A DNA stretch of 64,000 bases from an uncultured Acidimicrobiia bacterium (GTDB lineage Bacteria; Actinomycetota; Acidimicrobiia; Acidimicrobiales; AC-14). Both the position numbers and the translations under genes were made by a program. The notes beneath the pieces were generated by a model. The model worked only from the letters and a program-made list of their open reading frames with translations, had not been told where the DNA came from and did not search any database. Shown here piece by piece: positions 48,599-58,525 of the stretch (position 1 is the first letter of the stretch; every line of letters begins with the position of its first letter). The DNA is taken from NCBI GenBank assembly GCA_963836205.1, contig CAWIIV010000008.1:32001-96000 (forward strand), in the 5' to 3' direction.

Positions 48599-49494
48599 GC
48601 GTCGCTCCAGCGGATCAGGGGACGGGCCAGGAACCGCAGCAGGCGGTCACCGGCATAGCCGATGATGGCGAACAGGAACACGCCGACGATGATCTGCTCG
48701 GTGGCGCCCGCCTCGCGCGCCGAGATCATCATCGCCCCGATGCCCCGGCTCACCCCGAGCAGCTCGCCGACGATCACGCAGGTCCAGGCGAGCGTCAACG
48801 ACAGGCGGAGGCCGGTGACGATCTCCGGGAGGGCGCTGGGCAGGTAGACCCGCCGCCACATCCGGGTCCGGGGGGTGCCCAGCATGCGGGCGGTCTCGAC
48901 GTGCGTCCTCGGCACCCGGGCCACGCTGTCGGTGGTGGCCACCACCACCGGCCACAGGGCACCGATGAAGATCAGGATGCGGGCCGGCGACTCGCCGATG
49001 CCGAAGAGGACGCCCGCCAGCGGCAGCCAAGCGAAGAGGGGCACCGCTCGCAGGCCGTTGGTGATCGGCTCCAGCAGGTCGGCCACCCATCGCGACAGGC
49101 CGAGCCCGAGCCCCAGGACCAGGCCCACGACGACGGCCAAGGCCCAGGTCGCCACGCACCGTTCGACGCTGGCCGAGATGTGAAGCCAGGCGGCACCCTT
49201 GAAGGGCACGATCCCGGAGAGGGTGACGGAGTTGTGGCCGAAGAAGAACGCGTCGGCCGCGGTGAGGACCTGGCGTGGCGACGGGAGGATCGACCGCGGC
49301 TTCAGCTCGTAGTGCCAGGCCAACTGCCAGGCGACCAGAAGGAGTAGCGGCACCACCACGCCGAGGAGCGGCCGCGAGCGCCTCCGACCCGGTCGCGCCG
49401 TGGCGGGCGCGGTGACGACCCCGGAGGCGGCGGCCACCTGTGCGAGGGGCGTGTCGGTGACGGCCAGCCGCTCACCGTGGTCGGTCACCGCCAT
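48595..49494 (-). CDS. ABC transporter permease (NitT/TauT family)
   Basis: LPSP, VPLFAWLPL, ETARMLG, LPSALPEIVTGLR, GIG. Confidence 0.92.
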   Translation of the reverse strand: MAVTDHGERLAVTDTPLAQVAAASGVVTAPATARPGRRRSRPLLGVVVPLLLLVAWQLAWHYELKPRSILPSPRQVLTAADAFFFGHNSVTLSGIVPFKGAAWLHISASVERCVATWALAVVVGLVLGLGLGLSRWVADLLEPITNGLRAVPLFAWLPLAGVLFGIGESPARILIFIGALWPVVVATTDSVARVPRTHVETARMLGTPRTRMWRRVYLPSALPEIVTGLRLSLTLAWTCVIVGELLGVSRGIGAMMISAREAGATEQIIVGVFLFAIIGYAGDRLLRFLARPLIRWSDA

Positions 49495-49504
49495 CGGCCG
49501 AGGC

Positions 49505-50545
49505 TCACACCGTCCAGTACTGACGGGCGTAGAGCCCTTCGTAGTCGGGCTCGGCCGTCAGTTCGCCGCTGGCCACCAGGGCCTTGCCGACGCCGACGTA
49601 TTGGTCCTGGCGGGCCTTGGTGAACTCCCACTGGGCGCCCACGTTTTCGAGCACGGCGACCGCCAGGTTCTGGTCGAATCCGAACTGGGTGACGAGCAGG
49701 TCGTTCCAGACCGCGGGATCGTTCGTCCCGTTCGGGGTGAGGTGCTCGGCCGCGTCCTTCTGCATCTTGACGGCGACCCGGCACAGCTCCTCGTCCTTCA
49801 GCACCGCCGACGAAGCCCACAATGCGGTGTTGAGATCGCCGAGGGGCGTGTCGAACACACCCGGCAACCGCACCCCGACACCGTTGACGACCGCTTGGGT
49901 GCACGGGGGCTCGCTGCCGATGAACGCGTCGACGTCGCCTCGGGTCAGGGCGGTCACGTGGTCGGCGTAGCCGAGGGGTACCCCTTCGAGGTCCTGGCCC
50001 AGCACGAGCCCCGCTTTCGCGAGCACCTGGTTGAGGACGAGCACCTGCGAGCCGGGCGGCGGGACGGCGATCTTCTTCCCCCGGAGGTCGTCGACGGTCG
50101 CCACCACGCCCGCCTTGCCGATGAGACCGAAGCCCTGGCGGGCCACCATGGAGACCGTCCGGCACGAGACACCCGACTTGGCCTGGGTGAGCATCGGCAC
50201 GTAGGGGCTCATGAGGCCGAAGTCGAGCGTGCCCCCCTCGAGCGCCTGCAGGATCTCGGCGGTGGAGGTGACTGGCACCACCGTGACCGTGACGCCGGGA
50301 GGTGCGAACTTCTGCCAGTACAACATCGACGAGGCGTGGTTCTTGGCGTAGACGCACGTGCGGACGGTTGCGGTGCGGCCGTTGGCCAGGCCCGGGACAG
50401 TGCTTGCCACCCCCGGGACGGTCGTGGCCCCGGTGGTCTTGTCGGAGCTCGAACCGCAGGCCATGAGGGCACCGCTGGCGGCCGCCGCGGCCGCGAGACC
50501 GAGAAATCCCCGCCGGCTCAGCACGACGTCATCGAGGGATGCCAA
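49505..50545 (-). CDS. ABC transporter substrate-binding lipoprotein (NitT/TauT), Tat-exported
   Basis: SRRGFLG Tat motif, lipobox LMAC, DLRGKKIAV, GDVDA..EP; TTG start with GGAG RBS. Confidence 0.88.
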   Translation of the reverse strand: MASLDDVVLSRRGFLGLAAAAAASGALMACGSSSDKTTGATTVPGVASTVPGLANGRTATVRTCVYAKNHASSMLYWQKFAPPGVTVTVVPVTSTAEILQALEGGTLDFGLMSPYVPMLTQAKSGVSCRTVSMVARQGFGLIGKAGVVATVDDLRGKKIAVPPPGSQVLVLNQVLAKAGLVLGQDLEGVPLGYADHVTALTRGDVDAFIGSEPPCTQAVVNGVGVRLPGVFDTPLGDLNTALWASSAVLKDEELCRVAVKMQKDAAEHLTPNGTNDPAVWNDLLVTQFGFDQNLAVAVLENVGAQWEFTKARQDQYVGVGKALVASGELTAEPDYEGLYARQYWTV

Positions 50546-50979
50546 TGTGTCTCCGTTTCTCGCTCTGATCCACTGCCAGCGGGTGCCGAGGGCGGACACT
50601 ACAACAATCAGGATTGATGTCGCCGGGCGGCGAGGTCGACATCGGACCGAGGAGCATGGCCCAGCCGTCCGCCGTCGTCGTGGAGCAGGCGAGGGGTCAC
50701 CTCTGGGTCCGACAGCACGCGTCCGGGCCGGCCTGTATCCAGTCAGTCGCCATTGCCCTCCGGCCACATGAGAATGCACGGACCGCCGGCGCTCGCCTCG
50801 TCCGACCGGGCAGGCCGCCGAGCTCCCTCGGCGTCGACGTGGGGAGCTTCGACCAAGGCCGATCGCTCGAGGTCCAGTCGGCCAAATGGGGTAAGGCCGG
50901 TGTCGCCCCGGCCCTACCCCATAACTCGGTCGCCAATTCTCCGCGGGCCCGCAACTTCGTCGGGCAGCTGGACGGCGCG

Positions 50980-51152
50980 ACCAGGTTCCCACCACCAGGC
51001 GGTCGGCCACGGGGCCAAGACCGAATGGACCACTCGTGTACCACTTGCCACCTGAGGTGGCGGCGCCGTTGAACACCCAGTAGCTGAAGGTGCCGTCGGT
51101 GTTCTGGGCGGCCATGACGACGTCGTCCTTGCCGTCGCCGTGTAAGTCGAGG
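50980..51152 (-). pseudogene. FG-GAP/VCBS repeat fragment
   Basis: LDLHGDGKDDVVMAAQNTDGTFSYWVF..KWYTSGPF..RLVVGTW; no intact host ORF. Confidence 0.5.
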
Positions 51153-51326
51153 GCCCACGACGACTTTGAGGGTGACGCGAAGGCCGGCCGGCCGCACGGC
51201 CCCAGTGTTCGACAGGTCTGGCGCAGCCGGGTTCGTATGGGTCATGCGGATCAGGAGTCACGCCAGTACCGTGCGAGTCATGGCGGGCGACGGGCTGACG
51301 GCCGAGCGATGCGAGGAGTCGCTTTT

Positions 51327-52561
51327 GTGACCACGACCGAGTCCTGTCCGATTGCATCCATCGGCGAGCGCTTCAACCCCCTCTCCGAGGAGCAGCTCGA
51401 AGATCCCTACTCGTTCTACGCTGAGGCCCGGCGCGAGGAGCCGGTGTTCTACAGCCCGGCGTTTCACATGTGGGTCGTCACCCGCTACTCCGATGCACGG
51501 GCCGTCCTGGGCAACCCGACGGTCTTCTCGTCCCGGAAGACGATCGATCATCGTCGAGATCGCGGATGCGGCCTACGCCGTCCTGGCCGGCGGTCCGCCG
51601 GTGGTCCCGGTCCTGGTCAATTCAGATCCTCCCGACCACGGCCGGTTTCGCAGGGTGTTGAATCGGGCGTTCTCGCCGCCCCGCATGCGCCTCCTCGAGT
51701 CGGGGGTACGCGAGATCACCAACGCCCACGTCGACGCCATGGAACCGCTCGGTCGGGCCGACGTCATGCAGGCGCTCGCCTTCCCGATTCCGGTCCACGT
51801 CATTGCCCGCCTGCTCGGCGTTGGCGACGAACACGCCGAACAGCTGGGACGGTGGGGCCGAAGCCTGATCACGCTCATCTCGTCGTCCTTGGACACGGAG
51901 CAGCAGGTGGCTGCGGCGTCCGACGTGGTGAACCTCCAGCGGTTCATGGCCGACCTGGTGATGCGGAAGCGAGCCGAGCCAGGGGACGACATCACCACCC
52001 AGATGCTCGCGGCCGGAGCGGAGACGTTCACCGAGGACGAGGTGGTCTACCAGCTGAGCGGCACGCTCATCGCCGGTCACGAAACGACCACCTACATGAT
52101 CGGCAATGCCCTCCACCTCCTCCTTCGCCAGCCGGAGCACTGGCAGGCCGTGCTGGCCGATCGACGCTCATCCCTGACGCGGTCGAGGAAACGCTGCGCG
52201 CCGACACCTCCGTACCCGCCTTCATCAGGACGGCCACGGAGGACACCGAGCTGGCCGGCAGGAACATCGCCATGGGCGAGAACGTCCTGGTGGTGTTCGC
52301 CTCGGCGAACCACGACGAGGACCACTTCCACGATCCCGGGTCCTTCGATCTGCATCGCACGGGAAAGGTGGGCCACATGGGCTTCGGCCACGGCATCCAC
52401 TCATGCGTCGGGGCGGGACTGGCGCGGCTGGAGGTCGTGTGATCCTCGAAACCCTCGCCTCCCGGCTGCCGAACCTCCGGCTGGTACCTGACCAACCGCT
52501 GCGCCACTTCCCGCAACTCATCTTCCGCGGCCTCGAGAGGCTCGACGTCGCCTGGGACTGA
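51327..52561 (+). pseudogene. Cytochrome P450 with about three frameshifts (near 51550, 52165, 52440)
   Basis: DPY..Y..R.EEPV, DPPDH..R, AGHETT, EETLR, SANHD..F.DP..F, heme motif FGHGIHSCVG. Confidence 0.9.
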
Positions 52562-52601
52562 CCGGCGGCCACGGGCGCGCAGAATGCTCTGGACATTTTC
52601 G

Positions 52602-52644
52602 CTGAACGTCGCTAACTTAGTCCCAGTAGGTTACTGACGTTCAG
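52602..52644 (+). promoter_or_regulatory. Inverted repeat, candidate TetR operator pair
   Basis: CTGAACGTCGCTAAC-N13-GTTACTGACGTTCAG (13/15 complementary) directly before the GGAGG RBS. Confidence 0.65.
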
Positions 52645-52654
52645 GGAGGCCGGC

Positions 52655-54883
52655 ATGTTGGTGCGGTTGGGACGGTTCACGGTACGAAGGAAGCGGTCGA
52701 TTCTGATCGCCTCCGTCATCCTCTTCGCCCTGGCGGGCGCCATCGGCGGTGGGGTGGCCGACCACCTCTCGTCCGGCGGGTTCGAGGACCCGGAAGCCGA
52801 ATCCACTCGGGCGGGCGCGGTCATCGACGACGTGTTCCACGCCGGCGCCCCCAACGTGGTGCTCCTCGTCACCTCCGCCACCGGCACGGTCGACGACCCG
52901 GCCGCAGTCGCCGAGGGCCAGGCCCTCACGGCCGAGCTGGCGGCCGAGCCGGGCATCGACCAGGCCAGCTCCTACTGGAGCCTGGGCAACGTGCCGCCCC
53001 TGCGCAGCAACGACGGCCGCCAGGCGCTCGTCCTGGCCCGCATCGCGGGCGACGAGGACACGGTCGACGCCCGCATCGAGACCCTCTCCCCCGCCTTCAC
53101 CCGCCAGACCGGCGCCCTCGACGTGAGGGTCGGCGGCCAGGCCGAGGTCTTCCGCCAGATCGGCGGCACGGTGGAGGAGGACCTGGCCAAGGCCGAGTCG
53201 GTGGCCATCCCCATCACCCTGCTCCTCCTGGTGGTGGTGTTCGGCAGCATCGTGGCTGCCGGGCTGCCGGTGGGCATCGGCGTCCTGTCGATAATAGGGA
53301 CGTTCCTGGTGTTGCGGCTGCTGGCCGAGCTGACCACGGTGTCGATCTTCGCCCTCAACCTCACCACCGCCATGGGCCTCGGGCTGGCCATCGACTACAG
53401 CCTGTTCGTCGTCAGCCGCTACCGGGAGGAACTGGGCCGGGGGCTGGAGCCGGCCGCCGCCGTTGTGCGCACCGTCAACACCGCCGGGCGCACGGTGGTG
53501 TTCAGCGCGGCCACGGTGGCGGCATCCCTGGCGGCCATGCTCGTGTTCCCGATGGCCTTCCTCCGCTCCTTCGCCTACGCCGGCATCGCGGTGGTGGCCA
53601 TGGCCGCCCTCATCTCGGTGGTGGTCCTGCCCGCGGCCCTTGCCGCCATCGGCCACCGGATCGACAAGTGGTCGGTGTTCCGCCGCCACCCCAAGGCCGT
53701 CGGCGAGGGCTTCTGGCACCGGGTGGCGATGACCGTGATGCGCCGGCCGGTGGTCATCGGCGGGTCGGTGGTCGCGCTCCTGATCGTGCTCGGGCTGCCC
53801 TTCCTCCACGTGCAGCTGGGCCTGCCCGACGACCGGGTCCTGCCCACCACCGCCTCCAGCCGCCAGGTGCAGGACGAGATCCGCACCAACTTCACGTCCA
53901 ACGACGCGGGCGCGGTGCAGGTCGTGGCCCAGGGCGCCGACGTCGCCGACCCGGCCGAGATTGCGGCCTACGCCTCCGCCCTCTCCCGGCTGGAGGGCAC
54001 GGCCCGGGTCGACGCCCTCACCGGGTCGTACATGGCCGGCGCCCAGGTGGCGCCCCCGAACGAGGCATCGGTGCGGTTCGCTTCGCCCGACGGCACCTGG
54101 TTCTCGGTGGTCCCCTCGGTCGAGCCGCTGTCGGCCGACGGCGAGGCACTGGTGCACGACGTCCGCGCCCTCGACGCCCCCTTCCCGGTGGAGGTGGCCG
54201 GTCCGTCGGCCGAGTTGGTCGACTCCAAGGCGTCCATCCTGGACCGGCTGCCGCTGGCGGCCGGGATCATCGCCCTCATCACCTTCGTGGTCCTGTTCCT
54301 CATGTTCGGCAGCGTCCTGGTCCCGATCAAGGCCATCGTCCTCAACCTGCTCAGCCTGAGCGCCACCTTCGGCGCCATGGTCTGGATCTTCCAGGACGGG
54401 CACCTGGCCGGGCTCCTCAACTTCACCCCCACCGGCGACATCGCCATCTCCACCCCGATCCTGATGTTCTGCATCGCCTTCGGGCTGTCGATGGACTACG
54501 AGGTCTTCCTCCTGTCCCGGATCAAGGAGGAGCACGACCGCACCGGCGACAACCGCCAGGCGGTGGCGGTGGGCCTGGAGCGCACTGGCCGGATCGTGAC
54601 CGCGGCCGCAGCCCTGCTGGCGATCGTGTTCATCGCCATGGGGACGTCGAGCGTGTCATTCATCAAGTTGTTCGGTATCGGCCTTACGATGGCTGTACTC
54701 GTGGACGCGACCCTCATCCGAGCGGCCCTGGTGCCCGCCTTCATGCGCCTGGCGGGCGACGCCAACTGGTGGGCGCCCGCGCCCATGCGCCGGATCTACG
54801 AGCGGTGGGGCTTCAGCGAGGCCGACGGCTACTCCGAGGCCGGGCCCGGGCTCGACGATCGCCAGCTGGAGCGGGTCCGATAG
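52655..54883 (+). CDS. MMPL/RND family transporter
   Basis: GLAIDYSLFVVSRYREE, GRTVVFSA, FGLSMDYEVFLLSRIKEE, DATLIRAALVPA. Confidence 0.95.
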   Translation: MLVRLGRFTVRRKRSILIASVILFALAGAIGGGVADHLSSGGFEDPEAESTRAGAVIDDVFHAGAPNVVLLVTSATGTVDDPAAVAEGQALTAELAAEPGIDQASSYWSLGNVPPLRSNDGRQALVLARIAGDEDTVDARIETLSPAFTRQTGALDVRVGGQAEVFRQIGGTVEEDLAKAESVAIPITLLLLVVVFGSIVAAGLPVGIGVLSIIGTFLVLRLLAELTTVSIFALNLTTAMGLGLAIDYSLFVVSRYREELGRGLEPAAAVVRTVNTAGRTVVFSAATVAASLAAMLVFPMAFLRSFAYAGIAVVAMAALISVVVLPAALAAIGHRIDKWSVFRRHPKAVGEGFWHRVAMTVMRRPVVIGGSVVALLIVLGLPFLHVQLGLPDDRVLPTTASSRQVQDEIRTNFTSNDAGAVQVVAQGADVADPAEIAAYASALSRLEGTARVDALTGSYMAGAQVAPPNEASVRFASPDGTWFSVVPSVEPLSADGEALVHDVRALDAPFPVEVAGPSAELVDSKASILDRLPLAAGIIALITFVVLFLMFGSVLVPIKAIVLNLLSLSATFGAMVWIFQDGHLAGLLNFTPTGDIAISTPILMFCIAFGLSMDYEVFLLSRIKEEHDRTGDNRQAVAVGLERTGRIVTAAAALLAIVFIAMGTSSVSFIKLFGIGLTMAVLVDATLIRAALVPAFMRLAGDANWWAPAPMRRIYERWGFSEADGYSEAGPGLDDRQLERVR

Positions 54884-55530
54884 TCCCCAAGCCCACCACC
54901 GCTCCGCCCGGTCGCCGGGCCCGCGCCCCCCGGGGCGAGGGCGACCGGCTGCGCGACGAGATCCTCGCCGCCACCGAGAAACTGCTGCTCAAGACGGGGG
55001 ACGAGTCGGCGGTGTCTATCCGGGCCATCGCCGACGCGGTCGGGGTCTCGCCCCCGTCGATCTACCTCCACTTCGCCGACAAGGACGACCTGATCCACTC
55101 CGTCTGCCAGCTCCAGTTCCGCAAGCTCGACGTGGTGGTGTCGGAGACGACGGCCGGGGTGGACGATCCCCTCGACCGGCTGCGGGGCCGGGGCCACGCC
55201 TACGTCCGCTTCGGCGTGGCCCACCCCGAGCACTACCGGATCATGCTCATGGGCAAGGGCCACTTCTCCCAGGAGGAGTTCGAGGCCGGCCTGCTGCCGG
55301 GCATGCGCTCGTTCCAGTCCCTCGTGGGCAACGTCCAGGAGTGCATGGACCTCGGGGTGTTCGCCAAGGACGACCCCTTCCTGGTGGCCACCATCCTGTG
55401 GGCCATGGTCCACGGCCTCACGTCGCTGCTCATCTCGGTGCCGGGATTCCCCGCCTTCGAGGACCCCGAGGCCATCGTCGACCAGATGCTCGACACCCTG
55501 GCCCGGGGGCTGGCGCCCGTCCCCGACTGA
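54880..55530 (+). CDS. TetR family regulator (WHG-type C-terminus); no canonical start codon
   Basis: LRDEILAA..SIRAIADAVGVSPPSIYLHFADKDDL; WAMVHGL. Confidence 0.88.
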   Translation: MVPKPTTAPPGRRARAPRGEGDRLRDEILAATEKLLLKTGDESAVSIRAIADAVGVSPPSIYLHFADKDDLIHSVCQLQFRKLDVVVSETTAGVDDPLDRLRGRGHAYVRFGVAHPEHYRIMLMGKGHFSQEEFEAGLLPGMRSFQSLVGNVQECMDLGVFAKDDPFLVATILWAMVHGLTSLLISVPGFPAFEDPEAIVDQMLDTLARGLAPVPD

Positions 55531-55690
55531 GCTCCCCGGCGGCCGTGTCCGCTGGTGATCTCGCGTCATTCGGGGCGGTCGCGTGGCCCATTCCGCACGG
55601 GCGCCTCAAGTCGGGGCGGGAGACGCCCGATGCTTGAACCACTCACTGGCCGTATCGAGAGGGAGGGTCGCCGTGCCGACGAGTGGTTCG

Positions 55691-56614
55691 ATGAGCAACA
55701 AACCTGGTCGCGGCCGGCGCCTGCTGGCGGGAGCGACCCTGCTCCTGAGCATGTTGTGCGCCACCGTGGTGCCCGCCGACGCCGCCCCGCCGGCGGCTGC
55801 GGCCAACCCGCCGGCGGCCGCCGCCGCCGCCACCACCAACTGCGGGACCACGGTCCTCAAGCCGAACGGCACGCCGTGGGTGTGCACCCTGGCCGAGAAC
55901 TTCGACGGCACCGCCCTCAACCGGGCCCTGTGGGTGCCCCAGACGTCGGCCACCAGCGGGTTCGGCTCCCAGGACGACTGCTTCGTCGACGATCCCGACA
56001 ACATCGCGGTGGCGGGCGGGACGCTCAGGCTCACCGTGCGCAAGGAGTCGGCGCCGTTGACCTGTCGGACGCCGACGACCTCCTACAGCACCCGGTACAC
56101 GGCGGGAATGGTCTCCACCTACACGAAGTGGAGCCAGACCTACGGCCGCTTCGAGTTCCGGGTCAAGTTCCCGGCCGCCACCGCCAAGGGACTCCACGGC
56201 GCCCTGTGGCTGTGGCCCGACAACGCGCTCAAGTACGGCCCGTGGCCGCTGTCGGGCGAGATCGACGTGGCCGAGGTGTACAGCCTCTACAACGACCGGG
56301 CCATCCCCTACGTCCACTACTGGCCGGGCACGATGGCGCAGACCAACAACTACTGCCTGCTGAAAGTCACCGACTGGCACACCTACGTCCTGGAGTGGAC
56401 GACGACCTCGATCAAGATCAGCTTCGACGGCAAGGTGTGCGTGAACGAGCCGATCACGCCGGCGGCGCCCCTCGTGGCCCCCCAGCCCTTCGACCACCCT
56501 TTCATGCTGGCGCTCACCCAGGGACTCGGGGTGTACGGCAACCGGCTCGACCCGGCCCAGCCCCCGGCCTTCCCCGCCACCATGCAGGTCGACTACGTCC
56601 GGGTCTGGAAGTAG
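55691..56614 (+). CDS. Secreted glycoside hydrolase family 16
   Basis: Signal peptide; ENFDG..L, YGRFEFR, GEIDVAE catalytic motif, WHTY, MQVDYVRVW. Confidence 0.9.
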   Translation: MSNKPGRGRRLLAGATLLLSMLCATVVPADAAPPAAAANPPAAAAAATTNCGTTVLKPNGTPWVCTLAENFDGTALNRALWVPQTSATSGFGSQDDCFVDDPDNIAVAGGTLRLTVRKESAPLTCRTPTTSYSTRYTAGMVSTYTKWSQTYGRFEFRVKFPAATAKGLHGALWLWPDNALKYGPWPLSGEIDVAEVYSLYNDRAIPYVHYWPGTMAQTNNYCLLKVTDWHTYVLEWTTTSIKISFDGKVCVNEPITPAAPLVAPQPFDHPFMLALTQGLGVYGNRLDPAQPPAFPATMQVDYVRVWK

Positions 56615-56621
56615 GCAGGGG

Positions 56622-57101
56622 TCAGCGAGAAGCGGCCTGGAGCAACGCGGGGGCCGGTCGCGGTGCAGGCGCGGGGCGGCGGAGAGGGGCGACGGACGCC
56701 GACCGCAGCACCGGAGCGACGACCGGGACCACGAGCGGGCGGCGAACGGCGCGGTCGCGCGATCGGGCCAGGAGGGCCACGTAGCCGATGAGGACGTCGT
56801 AGATCAGCAGGTGCATCCCCCACGCGATCCGGGTGCCGACGACGACGGCGACGGCCAGGGTTGCCACCATGCCGAAGCCGATCACAGCCAAGACGCGGCG
56901 CCGGCGTTGGGCGGCGGTGCGCCGGACGGGAGCCGCCGGGGCGTCCTCACGATCGTTAGTGGCGGGGACGGCCGAACCGGCGAAGCACAGTTGGATGCGG
57001 TCGAGCTCCGCCAATTCCCCCCGGCTCTGCACTCGCCGGCGGAGCAAGGGCGGCAGGAGCACCAGCGCCCAGAGCAGTCCCAGCAGCGGGTATACCGGCA
57101 A
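56622..57101 (-). CDS. Three-TM membrane protein (SepX/GlpR-like architecture)
   Basis: LLWALVLLPPLLR; AQRRRRVL followed by two TM helices. Confidence 0.55.
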   Translation of the reverse strand: MPVYPLLGLLWALVLLPPLLRRRVQSRGELAELDRIQLCFAGSAVPATNDREDAPAAPVRRTAAQRRRRVLAVIGFGMVATLAVAVVVGTRIAWGMHLLIYDVLIGYVALLARSRDRAVRRPLVVPVVAPVLRSASVAPLRRPAPAPRPAPALLQAASR

Positions 57102-57380
57102 GCCATCGCCCCCTTGTGTCCCGAACCCAGGCTGGATTCAGGCTTCGCCCGCTGGGGATCGATGTCTCCCCACCGGTCGCCGCCAACCTATCGCAACAAC
57201 GAGCGGCGGCCAAGCGAGGCTGATTTGGGCGTGATTTCGAGGTCTGCCCATCGAGTTCGAAAGAACGTCCCTGTGGACAACCGGCGGCATTGTCGTCCTG
57301 CGGCGAGCAGGATCTTCGGTGATGTCTCACCGCTCGTGGCGGCAGTCGCGACGTCGGGGTTTTGGGACCGACCGGGCGAC

Positions 57381-58463
57381 CTACTTGGCGGTGCCCCGCA
57401 CCGAGGCCGTGAGCGGTGTGCGGTCGGCGTTGTCGACCGCACAGACCAGGCCCCGCCGGCCGTCGTGCCACGCTTCGTTTTCGGGCACGATCTCGAACTC
57501 GGTGAGGGTCGACTGCCCCCGGGGGACGCCGACGTAGTCGGTGAACGGCTGGCCCAGGCAGGTGGCGGCGGCGTACTGGAGCAGCGCGTCGGCCCCCGGG
57601 AAGGCGTCGCCCGGAGCCGCGGGATGGACGACCACCGCGAACACCTCGGCGTCGTGCGGCTCGTCGCACGAACGCACCGTGAGGCGGCGGACCTCGGTGC
57701 CCTCCGGCGTGTCGATGCAGTCACCCGGTTCGAGGGAGGCGTAGTCGACGCCGTCGGGCCGGACCACGTTGGCGATGACGATGCCGGCCACGGTGAGCCA
57801 CCCGATCAGGCTGATTGCGGCTACCAGGCGGGCCCCGGTGACCAACGCGCCGCCACCACGCTTCTTGGCCCGTCCGGCGAGGATGAGGGCGGGGATGGCG
57901 AGGATGCCGGCCGTCACCAGGGAGACGACGGCCAAGGCGAACGCGACCCCGGCCCCCGACCCGTCGGCCTTGGCCGGCTGGAACGGCTTGGGCGGCTTCC
58001 CCGGCTTTGCCGGCTTGCTCGTCGTGCCGACACCGGGGGCGGGCGGGGCGGGCGACCGGTGGAGGGGCGGGGGGATGTTGCGGGTGACCTCGATCGGACG
58101 CCACGGCTCGGGCTCCGGATCCGGCTCGGGCTCCGGATCCGGCTCGGGCGGCGGTGGCGGGGTCGCCGCGGCCCGCGCCACCCGGGGCCGGCGGGCTGCG
58201 GCTGGCGGGGCCGCGGGAGGCGCCGCGGCCGCCGTCGGGGCGTCGGACGCAGGGCCGACGAGGGTCTCGGTCGGGGTGTCGTCGCCCGGAGGCGGACCGT
58301 CGTTGCCCGGGGACGGACCGTCGTCGGTCGGGGGCGGAGTAGCCGCCCCCCGCCCGGTGACCACCTTGGACGCCGCCGCGGCCCGCTTCATGTCCCCGGT
58401 GACCACCCTCGGCCCGCGGGACCCGGGTCGGGCCGGCGACTGGCCCTCCTCTTCGTCTGCCAT
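57381..58463 (-). CDS. Septum-formation family membrane protein with Pro-rich N-terminus
   Basis: Two TM helices; LEPGDC, CDEPHDAEVF, C..F..YVG, W..G.R.LVC. Confidence 0.82.
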   Translation of the reverse strand: MADEEEGQSPARPGSRGPRVVTGDMKRAAAASKVVTGRGAATPPPTDDGPSPGNDGPPPGDDTPTETLVGPASDAPTAAAAPPAAPPAAARRPRVARAAATPPPPPEPDPEPEPDPEPEPWRPIEVTRNIPPPLHRSPAPPAPGVGTTSKPAKPGKPPKPFQPAKADGSGAGVAFALAVVSLVTAGILAIPALILAGRAKKRGGGALVTGARLVAAISLIGWLTVAGIVIANVVRPDGVDYASLEPGDCIDTPEGTEVRRLTVRSCDEPHDAEVFAVVVHPAAPGDAFPGADALLQYAAATCLGQPFTDYVGVPRGQSTLTEFEIVPENEAWHDGRRGLVCAVDNADRTPLTASVRGTAK

Positions 58464-58525
58464 GGGCGGTAAGCCTACGGGTGCCGGGAAGGTGTCGACG
58501 CACGACGGCCGCCTAATCTGGGGAC

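Noticed and set aside
58105-58148. GGCTCGGGCTCCGGATCC tandem repeat
   Set aside because: Encodes an ordinary PEPD low-complexity linker.
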